Below, one piece after another: positions 47,787 through 58,018 of a stretch of DNA of 64,000 nucleotides (position 1 is its first letter; every line of letters begins with the position of its first letter). The notes under the pieces were generated by a model. It ran no database searches and was not told the origin of the DNA. It saw only the letters and a program-made list of their open reading frames with translations. The DNA comes from Roseomonas sp. (GTDB lineage Bacteria > Pseudomonadota > Alphaproteobacteria > Acetobacterales > Acetobacteraceae), in the NCBI GenBank assembly GCA_020249925.1, contig JADCER010000001.1, positions 81,953-145,952 on the forward strand, in the 5' to 3' direction. The translations under genes and the position numbers were made by a program.

Positions 47787-48638
47787 ATGTCGCTGCGATT
47801 CGCCCTGACCCATGAAAGCCACTACCGCTATGCGCGGCCGGTGCCGCTTGGTCCGCAACTGATCCGCCTGCATCCCGCACCCCATGCGCGCACGGCCATC
47901 ACGGGCTATCGGCTTCAGATTGCACCAACCCCCGTGCGGCTTGATTGGTTTCTTGATCCTGCCGGCAATCATTCGGCCCGCGCCTTGTTCGATGGCGCGA
48001 CCAGTGAATTGAGCGTCATGGTCTCATTTGAAGCGATCCTGACGCCGATCAACCCTTTTGCTTTCCTGCTTGATGCCTGCGCCACTGAATGGCCCTTCAC
48101 GCTGGAACCCTGGCTCGCGCGCCAGCTTGCGCCTTACAGGGAAGCGCCCCCGCAAGGCCCGCTATTGGCCGCGCTGATCGCAAGCCTGCCGCAATCCCCG
48201 CAAGCAACGCTTGATCTGCTTGTCGCGGCGAATGGCCTGATCCATCAGCGCATCCGTTATGAAAAGCGCGAAACGCACGGCATTTGGGATGCGGAGCGCG
48301 TATTGACCGAGGGGCGCGGCGCTTGCCGAGACATGGCCTGGCTGTTGGTGCATGTGCTGCGCGCGCTTGGCTTCGCGGCGCGTTTCGTTTCGGGTTATTT
48401 GATTGAAGCGGAACAGGATGCCTCGGACCACGCTGAATTGCATGCCTGGGCGGAAGCCTATCTGCCGGGCGCCGGTTGGATTGGGTTTGATCCCACGTCT
48501 GGCCTGCTGGCGGCAGAAGGCCATATTCCACTCGCCGCCGCGCCGGACCCCGAAGCCGCCGCGCCCATCACCGGCACGCATGAAGCCGTGGCGGTCACGC
48601 CGCGCTTTGGCATTTCCGTCCGGCGCCTCACGCCATGA
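47787..48638 (+). CDS. Transglutaminase-family protein
   Basis: Catalytic-core pattern GRGACRDMAWLLVHVLRALGFAARFVSGYL ... HAWAEAYLPGAGWIGFDPT (Cys-His-Asp). Confidence 0.8.
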   Translation: MSLRFALTHESHYRYARPVPLGPQLIRLHPAPHARTAITGYRLQIAPTPVRLDWFLDPAGNHSARALFDGATSELSVMVSFEAILTPINPFAFLLDACATEWPFTLEPWLARQLAPYREAPPQGPLLAALIASLPQSPQATLDLLVAANGLIHQRIRYEKRETHGIWDAERVLTEGRGACRDMAWLLVHVLRALGFAARFVSGYLIEAEQDASDHAELHAWAEAYLPGAGWIGFDPTSGLLAAEGHIPLAAAPDPEAAAPITGTHEAVAVTPRFGISVRRLTP

Positions 48639-49270
48639 AGCGCGCCGCCATTCCGCCTTTTTTCGGCCAATGGGAAACGCCAAGCCTGATCGGCGCCATC
48701 ATCACCGGTGCGTGTCGGGCGGAGGATGATCCCGCCTGGGCAGCTTCGGGCGCCGAAAACCCGCTGGATTATGCGCGCTGGGCGGAGCATTTGTGCGGTG
48801 TGGCGTGTCTCCGCATGGCACTCGCCGCGCGCGGCATAACGCCCCCCCGCGCGCGGGACCTCGCAAGGGTGCTGACCCGCTACGGCGCCTATGTGGAAGA
48901 ACCGGATGGCCATATTCGCGGCCTGATCTATGCGCCGGCGATCACCTGGCTCGCGGAAACCCACGCCATAGCGGGCGAAATCATCCTGGACCGCGCGGCT
49001 GAGGCTATTGCGCCCTTGCTTGCCGATGGCGGGCTTTTCATAGCTTCTGTCCATCCCGCCATTCGCCGTCCGGCGGAACCTGCCCCCGGCCAGGGCGGGC
49101 ATCTGGTATTGGTTTTCGGAGCAGGGGAGGGCGCGCTTCGGCTCCACAACCCCTCCGGCCATGATGCGCCTGCCCAGGCTGATGCGCGCGTGCACATTGC
49201 CGATTTTGCGCGGTTTTTCGCCGGCCGCGGCATTTGGCTGCCCGGCGCACCATTGGCGCAAGGCGCCTGA
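48635..49270 (+). CDS. Papain-like cysteine peptidase (C39-like)
   Basis: FGQWETP (oxyanion Gln), HLCGVACLRMAL (Cys) and GGHLVLVFG (His). ATGA overlap with the transglutaminase gene. Confidence 0.5.
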   Translation: MKRAAIPPFFGQWETPSLIGAIITGACRAEDDPAWAASGAENPLDYARWAEHLCGVACLRMALAARGITPPRARDLARVLTRYGAYVEEPDGHIRGLIYAPAITWLAETHAIAGEIILDRAAEAIAPLLADGGLFIASVHPAIRRPAEPAPGQGGHLVLVFGAGEGALRLHNPSGHDAPAQADARVHIADFARFFAGRGIWLPGAPLAQGA

Positions 49271-49287
49271 GGGCCTAACAACAACCG

Positions 49288-50259
49288 ATGCGAAGCCTGC
49301 GCCTTCTTCTGCTGACGCTGCTATGCTGCCCCCTGCTTGCGCAGCGGGCCGAAGCGCAGAGCACGGGCCGCGTCATCACCGGCATCCCCGGCTATTCGCT
49401 GCAACAGACCGCGAATGGGGTGCTTGGCCTGCTTGCCTATAATGTGGTGCCGGATGTTACGGCTTCCTCGCTCAGCATTAGTCGCGGTGATCAGAGCGAT
49501 ACCGGGCTTCAAACCACGCAGTTCGGCCTGGGTTTCACGGTGGACCCCGATTTCCCGCTCTATCTCGAAGGATTTTTGGGCTATTCGCGCTATGATCCAC
49601 GCTTCGTTTTTTCAGAAGGTACTGAGAAAACCACTCTGCCCACGCGTTGGAACAATGTCTCCGGTACCATCGGGGTTGGCTGGGATTTTCCGATCATCGA
49701 AGGCTTGGTGTTTCGTCCCATCCTGAATGCTGCGCTTGGCCATGTGGAAACCGATGCTTCCGTATTGGCGCGCTTGCTGGAATCGAAATACAATCGGGAA
49801 CTAGCTTTCCTCAAGCGCGGCCGGATGAATGCCTATGGGCTTGGCGGTTCGCTGATGCTTGATCTGAACATCCCGCGCCCTGGCTACGAGATCGATCTGG
49901 AATTGCGCTACACTGATATTCGGCTTTCCACCTATGGCGATACGACTACCCTTGTCCGTGGTGAGGCAGAGGCGAAAACCTTCAACATCTGGGGCCGCGT
50001 GCGTTGGCCGATGGAGGCCGAGATGTTCGGCCGCCCGCTGCGCTGGGTGGTGGATTTTTCCCATTCGCGCTTCCTTGGTGATCAGGTGGCGCTTGGCTTC
50101 GATCACCTGACCAAGGTGGGCGGCGGGATTGAGATGAATGTCGGGCGCTATGAATTGGGGGTTTGGGATTTCAACATGCAAAGCATCCGGATCGTTGGCC
50201 GCTACCTGTTCGGCCAGAATGTCTCCGGCGCCTCGGTCGGGCTTGCGGTGTCCTTCTAA
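49288..50259 (+). CDS. Outer-membrane beta-barrel protein
   Basis: Signal peptide LLLLTLLCCPLLAQRAEAQ, alternating amphipathic strands and a C-terminal ...GLAVSF (terminal Phe). Confidence 0.6.
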   Translation: MRSLRLLLLTLLCCPLLAQRAEAQSTGRVITGIPGYSLQQTANGVLGLLAYNVVPDVTASSLSISRGDQSDTGLQTTQFGLGFTVDPDFPLYLEGFLGYSRYDPRFVFSEGTEKTTLPTRWNNVSGTIGVGWDFPIIEGLVFRPILNAALGHVETDASVLARLLESKYNRELAFLKRGRMNAYGLGGSLMLDLNIPRPGYEIDLELRYTDIRLSTYGDTTTLVRGEAEAKTFNIWGRVRWPMEAEMFGRPLRWVVDFSHSRFLGDQVALGFDHLTKVGGGIEMNVGRYELGVWDFNMQSIRIVGRYLFGQNVSGASVGLAVSF

Positions 50260-50297
50260 GCCTTGCGTCTGCGGCCCCCTTCGCCCATCTGCTCCCC

Positions 50298-51185
50298 ATG
50301 CCCGATAGCCTGATCATCCGCCCCGATCCCGCCGACCCGCGCCTGACGCGCCGTGTTTCCGGGCGCGACCATACGGGGGCCACGATTGAAGCCAGCGTCA
50401 CCGTCGAACGCCCGCTCACACTATTTCTGAACGGTCAGGAAATCGTCACCATGATGACGATTGGCGACCGGCCAGAGGATTTGGCGCTCGGCTATCTGCT
50501 CAATCAGGGCATGCTGCATGCCGATGATGACGTGACCGGCGTTGATTATGATGATGATCTGGCTGTCGTGATTGTGCGCACGGCGCGGCGGACGGATTAT
50601 GAGGAAAAGCTACGGAAGAAAACCCTCACATCAGGCTGCGCCCAGGGCACGGCCTTTGGCGATCTGATGGAAGGTTTTGCGGAAGCGAAACTGCCGCGCG
50701 CGGAACTCCGCACATCCTGGCTCTATCGTCTGCTGCATCGGATCAATTCGCTGCCGACACTCTATCTGGAAGCCGGCGCCATTCATGGCTGTGCGCTGTG
50801 TCGGCAGGATGAACCGCTGGTTTATATGGAAGATGTTGGGCGGCATAATGCGGTGGATAAGATCGCCGGCTGGATGTTCCGCAACAAGGAAGCGCCTGGC
50901 GACAAGATTTTCTACACCACCGGGCGCCTGACGTCCGAGATGGTGATCAAGACCGTGCGCATGGGCATTCCCATTCTGGTGTCGCGTTCCGGCTTCACCG
51001 CCTGGGGGGTGGAGCTTGCGCGCGAAGCGGGCGTGATGCTGATTGGGCGCTGCAAGGGCAAGCGCTTTGTGGCATTGGCGGGCGAGGATCGCATTATCTT
51101 CGATGCCGATCTCCGTTACGTGGAAGAAGAAAGTGCCAAGCATTGGCGGAAGAACAGTGCTGAGGCGGAACGCGATGGCGGCTGA
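50298..51185 (+). CDS. fdhD: Formate dehydrogenase accessory sulfurtransferase FdhD
   Basis: [35 protein letters not shown]...SGCAQG...[10 protein letters not shown]. Confidence 0.9.
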   Translation: MPDSLIIRPDPADPRLTRRVSGRDHTGATIEASVTVERPLTLFLNGQEIVTMMTIGDRPEDLALGYLLNQGMLHADDDVTGVDYDDDLAVVIVRTARRTDYEEKLRKKTLTSGCAQGTAFGDLMEGFAEAKLPRAELRTSWLYRLLHRINSLPTLYLEAGAIHGCALCRQDEPLVYMEDVGRHNAVDKIAGWMFRNKEAPGDKIFYTTGRLTSEMVIKTVRMGIPILVSRSGFTAWGVELAREAGVMLIGRCKGKRFVALAGEDRIIFDADLRYVEEESAKHWRKNSAEAERDGG

Positions 51186-51807
51186 AACGCTGGGGCTTGT
51201 GCTGGCGGGGGGGCTCGCGCGGCGCATGGGGGGCGGGGATAAGCCGCTGCGCCTGCTGGGTGGGCGGCCCTTGCTGGATCATGTGCTGGCGCGCATCACG
51301 CCGCAGGTCGCCGCGGTGGTCCTGAATGCCAATGGTGATCCCGCGCGCTTCGCTGGTTTTGGCCTGCCTGTGGTGGCGGACCCGCTGCCGGATCACCCCG
51401 GGCCACTCGCGGGGATTCTGGCCGGGCTTGAATGGGCGGCCGCGCATCGGCCTGATCTGGCCTGGGTGTCCTCAATCCCCGGGGATTGCCCCTTCATCCC
51501 AGGCGATTTCGTGGCGCGGTTGCATGCCGCGCGGGCGGCAGCGGGGGTGCCCATGGCTGCTGCGTCCTCGGGCGGGCAAAGCCACCCGCCGGCGGCGCTT
51601 TGGCCCGTGGCACTCCGCGGCGAATTGCGCGCCGCCCTTTTGGCCGGGGAGCGCAAGATAGACCGTTGGACCGCGCGATTCGGCTGTGCGGAGGCCGCCT
51701 GGCCGGCCACCCCCTATGACCCGTTTTTCAACGCCAATGCGCCCGAGGATTTGGCGGAGGCCGAGGAAATCTTGCAAATCAGCCTATCCCAAGGCATAAG
51801 CCTCTAA
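51175..51807 (+). CDS. mobA: Molybdenum cofactor guanylyltransferase
   Basis: [20 protein letters not shown]...[13 protein letters not shown].. The start at 51175 overlaps the fdhD end by 11 nt. Confidence 0.85.
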   Translation: MAAETLGLVLAGGLARRMGGGDKPLRLLGGRPLLDHVLARITPQVAAVVLNANGDPARFAGFGLPVVADPLPDHPGPLAGILAGLEWAAAHRPDLAWVSSIPGDCPFIPGDFVARLHAARAAAGVPMAAASSGGQSHPPAALWPVALRGELRAALLAGERKIDRWTARFGCAEAAWPATPYDPFFNANAPEDLAEAEEILQISLSQGISL

Positions 51808-51832
51808 AGGCTAAGTTCCGGGGAGAACAGCA

Positions 51833-51958
51833 ATGAACGGCATCATCAGCGGCGTCTGCATAGCCATCGTCATCGCCATTGGCGCGGCGATTTATTTGGA
51901 CCGCAACGTCCAGCAAACGGCAGACGTCGCTTTCGCCACCACCGGCGTCCGGTTGTGA
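51833..51958 (+). CDS. Possible 41-aa single-TM peptide
   Basis: My own translation is MNGIISGVCIAIVIAIGAAIYLDRNVQQTADVAFATTGVRL. GGGGAGA lies 7 nt upstream and the stop overlaps the next ORF start (GTGA). It is below the track size cutoff. Confidence 0.35.
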   Translation: MNGIISGVCIAIVIAIGAAIYLDRNVQQTADVAFATTGVRL

Positions 51959-52266
51959 TCATCCGGCGCGGGGTTTTGTTCATCGCCTTGGCGCTGGCTG
52001 CCTGCGCCGAAGCCCCAGCCCCCGCGCCCAGCACGCCTTCAGCGCCGCGCGCCACTTCAACCCCCGCGCCAACCCCTTCCAACCTGCCCGTGACGGGTCA
52101 GGCGGGGACTGAGCGTGCCATGTCCACACTGCAGCAGGATTTGGACCGCGACCGCGCTGACGAAAGGCTGCGCAGCTATGACCCCCATGCGCAGCATCAG
52201 GACCTTTCCCCACCGCGTACCCCTTATGAGATTGGCGGGAATACGCGGCTGCCGACGCGGCGTTAG
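51955..52266 (+). CDS. Small lipoprotein (paralog 1)
   Basis: Lipobox MIIRRGVLFIALALAAC followed by a Pro/Ala/Ser/Thr-rich linker. Confidence 0.5.
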   Translation: MIIRRGVLFIALALAACAEAPAPAPSTPSAPRATSTPAPTPSNLPVTGQAGTERAMSTLQQDLDRDRADERLRSYDPHAQHQDLSPPRTPYEIGGNTRLPTRR

Positions 52267-52576
52267 CTAGACATTATCGCAACGCCCGGCTGCATCCTGG
52301 CGCCTTTACAAATTCACAATCATGCCACGCCTTGCTTCAATTCGGTCATCTTGCTGACGCGGTTTTTGGGCAAGCATTACGCATCAAAGCCAATGCAGAA
52401 ACAGCTTGTACTGTTCTGGGAATGGCGGGTGCAGAATGGCTCCTCTGGCCGGCAGCGTATTGACCAAAAGAAACGCCTCTGCAGCGGCGGGGGGTGAGGC
52501 GCGCGGGGCCAATTTTTGCGGAACTGACCTTCTGGCACTGAGGTGCCCTTGCGCCACGGTTTTCAGTTTGGCGGTC

Positions 52577-52921
52577 ATGGGCGGTTTCCTGCTTCTCGCG
52601 GCCTGCGCCAAGGCGCCCGCGCCTGAAACCCAGGCAGCCTTGCCGGCGCAGCGCAACTTGAGCGTCCTGGCACCAACCCCCTGCACCATCCCAAATGCAG
52701 GTCAGACAGACACGCCTAATGTCTTGAATAGCCCGCAACAGTCCACCACTGATCGGTTAAGAGTGGAGTGTCTTCGGGGGGTGCCGCCACCACGCACGAC
52801 TTGGTCTTGGTCCGGGCCGTCTGGGGTAGCGCCGGAGCGCCCACAAGCTGACCGGGCAAGCGCCGAAAGAGCAAGGGAGGAGGCAATAGCATTCCAAAGC
52901 CGTCAAAGAAGTCGCCGCTAA
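52577..52921 (+). CDS. Small lipoprotein (paralog 2; start uncertain)
   Basis: MGGFLLLAAC lipobox, but no basic n-region, so the true start may be upstream or non-canonical. Confidence 0.35.
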   Translation: MGGFLLLAACAKAPAPETQAALPAQRNLSVLAPTPCTIPNAGQTDTPNVLNSPQQSTTDRLRVECLRGVPPPRTTWSWSGPSGVAPERPQADRASAERAREEAIAFQSRQRSRR

Positions 52922-53110
52922 GATGATCGCCGCCTGCCTGATGATGGTGTTTTCTGCGCCGCGAGGGACGTGCGTGAGCCTTTTTTGAACAAATTCGTAT
53001 GCCATGGAATTGTCGGTAGAATATGTCAGAGAGCAATCCGCTCTGCTTCACAAACGAATGGGTGAGACATGCACAAAGCGGTCCTTAGCGCGATGCCTAC
53101 TTCCGCCGTG

Positions 53111-53509
53111 ATGATAAAGCTCGGCATTATGGCTACGCTGCCGCTGCTGCTGCTTGGCGCCTGCGCCGAAACCCAAAGCCCAACGACGATTGCTGCCGCG
53201 CCGAGCCCTGTTTCAAGCCCTGCGCCCACGCCATCCTGCAACGCGCCACTGGGCAGTCAGGCTGATCGGAAAAATCCCCCCACACCGTGGCAGAGCGCGG
53301 TTGACCGGAAGCGTGCGGAAGACTGTCTGCAGGCTCTCGATCCTCGACCGGCACCCATACGGCCTGAGTATTTGGGCAATCCAAGACAGGAAGCCATGGA
53401 TAGGAGAACCCTTGACCTCGCTCCTTTGGGATTGAGAGGCCGCCTAAGCCAGGGCAGTAATTTCCGAGACCGTCTTCCCATTCCGGAATCGTGCCAGCCT
53501 CACTGTTGA
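53111..53509 (+). CDS. Small lipoprotein (paralog 3)
   Basis: MIKLGIMATLPLLLLGAC lipobox. The track ORF starts at 53069. Confidence 0.5.
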   Translation: MIKLGIMATLPLLLLGACAETQSPTTIAAAPSPVSSPAPTPSCNAPLGSQADRKNPPTPWQSAVDRKRAEDCLQALDPRPAPIRPEYLGNPRQEAMDRRTLDLAPLGLRGRLSQGSNFRDRLPIPESCQPHC

Positions 53510-53600
53510 GGCAGCGCCGCCTAAAAGCTTTGGAGATTTTGCAACTGCTTCCGCCCACCCAAACCGCCCGCAAGTGCGGGGAAACAGCTTCACACAACCC

Positions 53601-55649
53601 TCAACTCTCCCCCCGCTTCGCCCGCTCCGCCTCGCGCAAATAATCCTCAGTCGTTTTCGTCACTGGCCTGGGCGCGCCGGCGTAAGGATCAATCCCGCCA
53701 TTCGTCGCTTCCAAAACGCGGCAATCCTCGCATAGGTCCAATACGGCCTGCCGCGCCGGATCGGCGAACATCCAATGCGCCGAAAGCTTCGCCTTCACCC
53801 GCGCAATGGAAGCCTTGGTCCCAAACAGCTTGTTGCAGCGCGGGCAAGCGGCGGGTTCTTCGGCCTTCACCACCTGGGCCTGCGCGGCTTCAGGCGCGAA
53901 ATTCAGCCGCGGTTCCAGCGTAATCACCTTCTCCGGGCAGGTCGCGGCGCAAAGCCCGCATTGCACGCAGGCATCCTCCAAAAAGCGCAACTCCGGCCGA
54001 TCCGGATTGGCGCTGAAGGCACTGGTCGGGCAAACACTTGTGCAGGCAAGGCAAAGCGTGCAGCCCGCCTGATCCACAAGCGCCAGCCCAAAAGGCGCCT
54101 TTTCCGGCAGGGCAACCATCGCAACGCGTGCCCCAGCCGCTTCCCGCAGCGCGCGGAAGCCTTGCTGCGCCATCTCCCGCGGGCTGCCCAAAGCCTCAAA
54201 CCGCGCAGGCGCGAAGCCAGGCGCCATGCGGGGCAGGGCGGCCAAGGCCTCACCCAGCGAAAACGGATCATCGGTTTCAAGCAACGCAGCACGCGGCACG
54301 GGGCCGGCCAGTCCAAGCCCCTCCAGCACTGCCGCAGTGTAATCAATGTTGCGCAGCACGCCTTCCACGCCATGCCCGCGCCTGGCAGGTGCGAGCAGCC
54401 GCACCCCCGCCGCGCCCCAGGCAAAGGCGCCGGCGAACACCGCCAAATCAAGCGATGAAACCTCATTGACGCGCAGCGGCAGCACCCGCGCCGGCAAGCC
54501 ATCGCCATGCCGGGCAAGGGCGTCAATCAAGGCCTCGCCATGGGCCTCATCATGGATCAGCACCACCGGCGCCTCACCGCCCGCATCAGCATAGGTCAGC
54601 AGCAAACGCCGGAGCCGCCGCAACAGCGCCTGGGTCGGCGGCAGCGCATAGGTGGCCGCCCCCGTCGGGCACACGGCGGCACAGGCACCGCAGCCCGCGC
54701 AAATCTCCGCACTGATCACCACCTGGTCCTTGAGCGGACCCACCCCCGGCGTAATCGCCCCGGTAGGGCAAAGGTCCAGGCAGCGCCGGCAACCTTCGCG
54801 CTTATTGCGCGCATGGGCGCAAAGCTTGCCGTCGAAACTCACAAAACGCGGCTTGTCGAAACTGCCGACCAGCTCGCCCGCCGCGACAATGGCGCGCTCC
54901 AGTGCGGCGCCATCGGTGGGATCGGCGCGGAGATACCCCTGCCGCACCTCATGCGCCGGAAATAGCGGCGCGGCGCCGGTCAGATCCAGGATGATATCGG
55001 CGCGGCTGATCGCGCCATCCTTGCCCTTGCCCCAGGCATAGGCGGCGCGCGAGGATGGGCTTGGCGCCGCCGCGCCATCCACGGTCACTTCAAAAGCGCC
55101 GAGATACCCGCTGGCGGAGCGCGCCCGCCCGCGCATCACCGGAAATGCCGCCTGACGCGCCGGCGCCACCGGTACATCGCCGGTCAGCAGCACGGTGATA
55201 TCCAGCTTTTCCTGCAAGCGGGCTGCGGCGGTGATCGCCACCTCATCGCGGCCCAGCACCAGGGCGATGCCGCCGCTTTCCAGGCTGACCAGGGGGATTT
55301 CCGGCATGGGCTCGGCAGCGGCGGCGATCAGCGCGGCCATTTTCGGCCCGGCCTGCTTGCCCTCAGCCGACCAACCGGCGGTCTCACGGATATTGACGAA
55401 AAGCGGGGTGGCGGCGCCGGCGGCCTCGGCCTCCTGCGTGAAAAGCGGGGCCTGGGCGGTGCAGGCGATGGTGAGCGGGCGCCCGGTGGCGAGTGCGGCT
55501 TCAAAACGATCAAGCTGGGCCACGCAAAGCTGCTCGGCGCCACGGATTTCAACGCCAGCGCCGCAGCCGCGCGCAAGCGCCTTGCCATCCAGCAGCATGG
55601 TATCTTCGCAGCTGCACACAAGGGCGATCCGCCCCTTTTCCTCGCCCAT
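53601..55649 (-). CDS. Large (682 aa) multi-cluster 4Fe-4S ferredoxin-domain protein
   Basis: Several CxxCxxCxxxCP motifs (CAGCGACAAVCP, CTLCLACTSVCP, CVQCGLCAATCP). It is divergent from the FDH accessory block. Confidence 0.8.
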   Translation of the reverse strand: MGEEKGRIALVCSCEDTMLLDGKALARGCGAGVEIRGAEQLCVAQLDRFEAALATGRPLTIACTAQAPLFTQEAEAAGAATPLFVNIRETAGWSAEGKQAGPKMAALIAAAAEPMPEIPLVSLESGGIALVLGRDEVAITAAARLQEKLDITVLLTGDVPVAPARQAAFPVMRGRARSASGYLGAFEVTVDGAAAPSPSSRAAYAWGKGKDGAISRADIILDLTGAAPLFPAHEVRQGYLRADPTDGAALERAIVAAGELVGSFDKPRFVSFDGKLCAHARNKREGCRRCLDLCPTGAITPGVGPLKDQVVISAEICAGCGACAAVCPTGAATYALPPTQALLRRLRRLLLTYADAGGEAPVVLIHDEAHGEALIDALARHGDGLPARVLPLRVNEVSSLDLAVFAGAFAWGAAGVRLLAPARRGHGVEGVLRNIDYTAAVLEGLGLAGPVPRAALLETDDPFSLGEALAALPRMAPGFAPARFEALGSPREMAQQGFRALREAAGARVAMVALPEKAPFGLALVDQAGCTLCLACTSVCPTSAFSANPDRPELRFLEDACVQCGLCAATCPEKVITLEPRLNFAPEAAQAQVVKAEEPAACPRCNKLFGTKASIARVKAKLSAHWMFADPARQAVLDLCEDCRVLEATNGGIDPYAGAPRPVTKTTEDYLREAERAKRGES

Positions 55650-55725
55650 GATGTTCTGTCCTACCCCCCGGCTGTGAAGACCGCTTGGCGCGGCTTATAT
55701 GGCACTTAAGACAGGCTGACGAGGG

Positions 55726-56430
55726 ATGAGGCCAGGGGTGGTTGAGGATTTACCCGCATTGCCAAGCGTTTTCACGCCGATCATCGCGCTGCGCGAGGGT
55801 GGCGACGCCTTGGCGCATGCCTGCGCCCTGGCCCCGGAAAAGGGCGCCGGCACCCTGGTTTGGGTCCGGTCTTGGGCGCGGGCGGAAGCCGCCCTGGTGC
55901 TGGAACCGGAAGAAGCCTTGCCCGCCGCCCGGCTGGTGCTCCATGCCGCGAGCATCGCTTTGGCTGATGCGCTTGGCGCCTATGGCCCGCCCGATATCCC
56001 GGTTACTTTCGATTGGCCGCACACCCTGCGCCTCAATGGCGCCGTGGTGGGGCAGACCCGGCTTGGCCTGCCCCCTGGCCTTGCGCCGGATGCCACGCCG
56101 CCCTGGCTCGTGGTCGGGATGGAACTCCGCTTCGCCGAATATGCCGATGGCGAACCCGGTGAAAGCCCGGACCGGACCTCCCTGCTCGGGGAAGGCTATG
56201 ACGATCTGACGCCCGCGCTTCTGGTCGCTGCCTGGGCGCGGCATTTCATGGCGACGGTCGCGGATTGGCAGGCGCGCGGGGTGAAGACGCTGGCGGAACG
56301 CTACCTCGCCCGGCTTGATCCCAAGCTTGGCGCCGGCGCGCGGCGCGGCATTGTGCCGGCCAGCGGCGATCTGGTGCTGGAAGGCGGGGCAGGGCGCGAA
56401 ACCCTGTCGCTCGCGGAGGCTTTGGCATGA
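55726..56430 (+). CDS. Conserved hypothetical, possibly biotin/lipoate-protein-ligase-like fold
   Basis: 234 aa and the first gene of a five-gene ATGA-coupled block. The BPL/LPL-like assignment is from memory of annotations for neighbours of DUF3305/3306 and has not been verified. Confidence 0.45.
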   Translation: MRPGVVEDLPALPSVFTPIIALREGGDALAHACALAPEKGAGTLVWVRSWARAEAALVLEPEEALPAARLVLHAASIALADALGAYGPPDIPVTFDWPHTLRLNGAVVGQTRLGLPPGLAPDATPPWLVVGMELRFAEYADGEPGESPDRTSLLGEGYDDLTPALLVAAWARHFMATVADWQARGVKTLAERYLARLDPKLGAGARRGIVPASGDLVLEGGAGRETLSLAEALA

Positions 56431-56981
56431 CCCGGCTGCCCCGCACCATCCGCCTTGATGCCTCCGATACCGTGATCTTCGACCAGGCGGCCGAGCCCGG
56501 CGAATGGGCCGTGCCGGGGGGCTTTGCCTTTTGGGATGAAGACCCCGCGCAAATGTCCGGCAAGCGTCGCCAGGCCTTTCGCGGCGGCTTCCTTGGCCTT
56601 GGCAGTTTCGGCTGGGCGACATTGGTTGAGGTAGCGGAAGCGAGCGCCGCCGACCGCTCTGCGGCGCTCGCCGCGCTTGCCGCGCATATCCATCTGGTCC
56701 ATGGCGCGCCGGATGAGGCAGCGGCGCGCGCCGCGGCTGAGGAGGAATTGGCCTTTGCCGAACAGCTTTGTGATCACCCGCCGGGCACGGTGCTCGCCTT
56801 GACCCGCAGCATTGAAGGCGGCGAACAGCGCGAACGTTTCCGCACGCTGCATCTGCGCGCCGAACAGCATCGCAGCTTTGAAAGCCTGCCGGTTTTCGCC
56901 AGTGTGGAAACGCATGGTGAGGAGGATGATGAACCCATCCTTCGCCCTGATCTCACAAAAATCGGAAAGCGCGAAGCATGA
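56427..56981 (+). CDS. Conserved hypothetical protein (FDH-associated block)
   Basis: 184 aa, with ATGA overlaps on both sides. Confidence 0.55.
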   Translation: MTRLPRTIRLDASDTVIFDQAAEPGEWAVPGGFAFWDEDPAQMSGKRRQAFRGGFLGLGSFGWATLVEVAEASAADRSAALAALAAHIHLVHGAPDEAAARAAAEEELAFAEQLCDHPPGTVLALTRSIEGGEQRERFRTLHLRAEQHRSFESLPVFASVETHGEEDDEPILRPDLTKIGKREA

Positions 56982-58018
56982 GCGCCATGCTCTCCCCCGG
57001 CGATTTCTGGGTCGCTTCCGGGCATCATTTGTGTGAGGCCGCGCCGCATGGCCGGCTGCGCGCCACGCCCGATTTGTGGCGCGCCTTTCTGGCCCGCCCG
57101 GAATTGGTGCCACCAGATGAAGCCTGCGCGGCGGAAGTGGCGCTGCATGCTGCGCTTTTGGCGGAACCCGAACAGGCAGTGGATGCCGCGCGCATCGCTT
57201 CGCTTGCCGATGCCGATGCGCAGGAAAATTGGCGGCATTTTCTGGGTTTTCGTGATCGCGTTTCTGCCGCGCCCAGCCTGGAAGAAGCTTGGCTGGCGCT
57301 CTATCGCGGTGATGTCGGCGGCATCCCGCCCATATTTCTGCAAATGCTGACGCATCTGGTCGCCCGCGCCGCGATGGAGGGGGAGGGCGATCCCTTCGCG
57401 CTGCGCGCCGCTGAGCTTTTCTATCGCCCGCAGCGTGCTGCCATCAATCAGGGCTCGCTGTTGCTGGCGGATGAGGAAGTGCTGGAAATGCGTGGCCGCG
57501 ATGGCGGGTTCGGCGCGCTTGGCCAATTGCTGGTCGAAGCCGGCGCGCCGCCACGAGAAATTGAGATTGATGTGCTGTCCGACATGAATGCCCATCTCTA
57601 TCACGGGCGGTCTGATGCGCATGATTTCGCGCTGGATATTGCCGAAACCCGCCCCGGCCAGCAGGGGCTCGCGAGTGCCATCACGCGTTTCATCCGGCAT
57701 TTGTTCGGTGAGGAAGTGACGATCCGCGCCGTGCCCACCATCGAAGATCGCGATTGGCGTTGGCATATCGGGCTTGATACGGAAGCGACTGCCATCACCA
57801 ATGATCTATGGCAGGGCAAGAAGGTGGCGCAGGCGCGGCTGGCGCGCATTCTCTGGCTCGGCGTGCTGGAATTCGCCAATCCAGCGCGCGTGCTGCCGCG
57901 CGTGGCGGGCAAGCCGATCTATCTGGCACTCGCCATGGATGCCGCCAATCGGCTGCGCATGAAGCCGCAAAACCTGGTGGCCGGCCTGCCGCTGCTGACG
58001 GCGGAGAAGGGCGCATGA
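56978..58018 (+). CDS. Conserved hypothetical protein (FDH-associated block)
   Basis: 346 aa, with ATGA overlaps on both sides. Confidence 0.55.
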   Translation: MSAMLSPGDFWVASGHHLCEAAPHGRLRATPDLWRAFLARPELVPPDEACAAEVALHAALLAEPEQAVDAARIASLADADAQENWRHFLGFRDRVSAAPSLEEAWLALYRGDVGGIPPIFLQMLTHLVARAAMEGEGDPFALRAAELFYRPQRAAINQGSLLLADEEVLEMRGRDGGFGALGQLLVEAGAPPREIEIDVLSDMNAHLYHGRSDAHDFALDIAETRPGQQGLASAITRFIRHLFGEEVTIRAVPTIEDRDWRWHIGLDTEATAITNDLWQGKKVAQARLARILWLGVLEFANPARVLPRVAGKPIYLALAMDAANRLRMKPQNLVAGLPLLTAEKGA

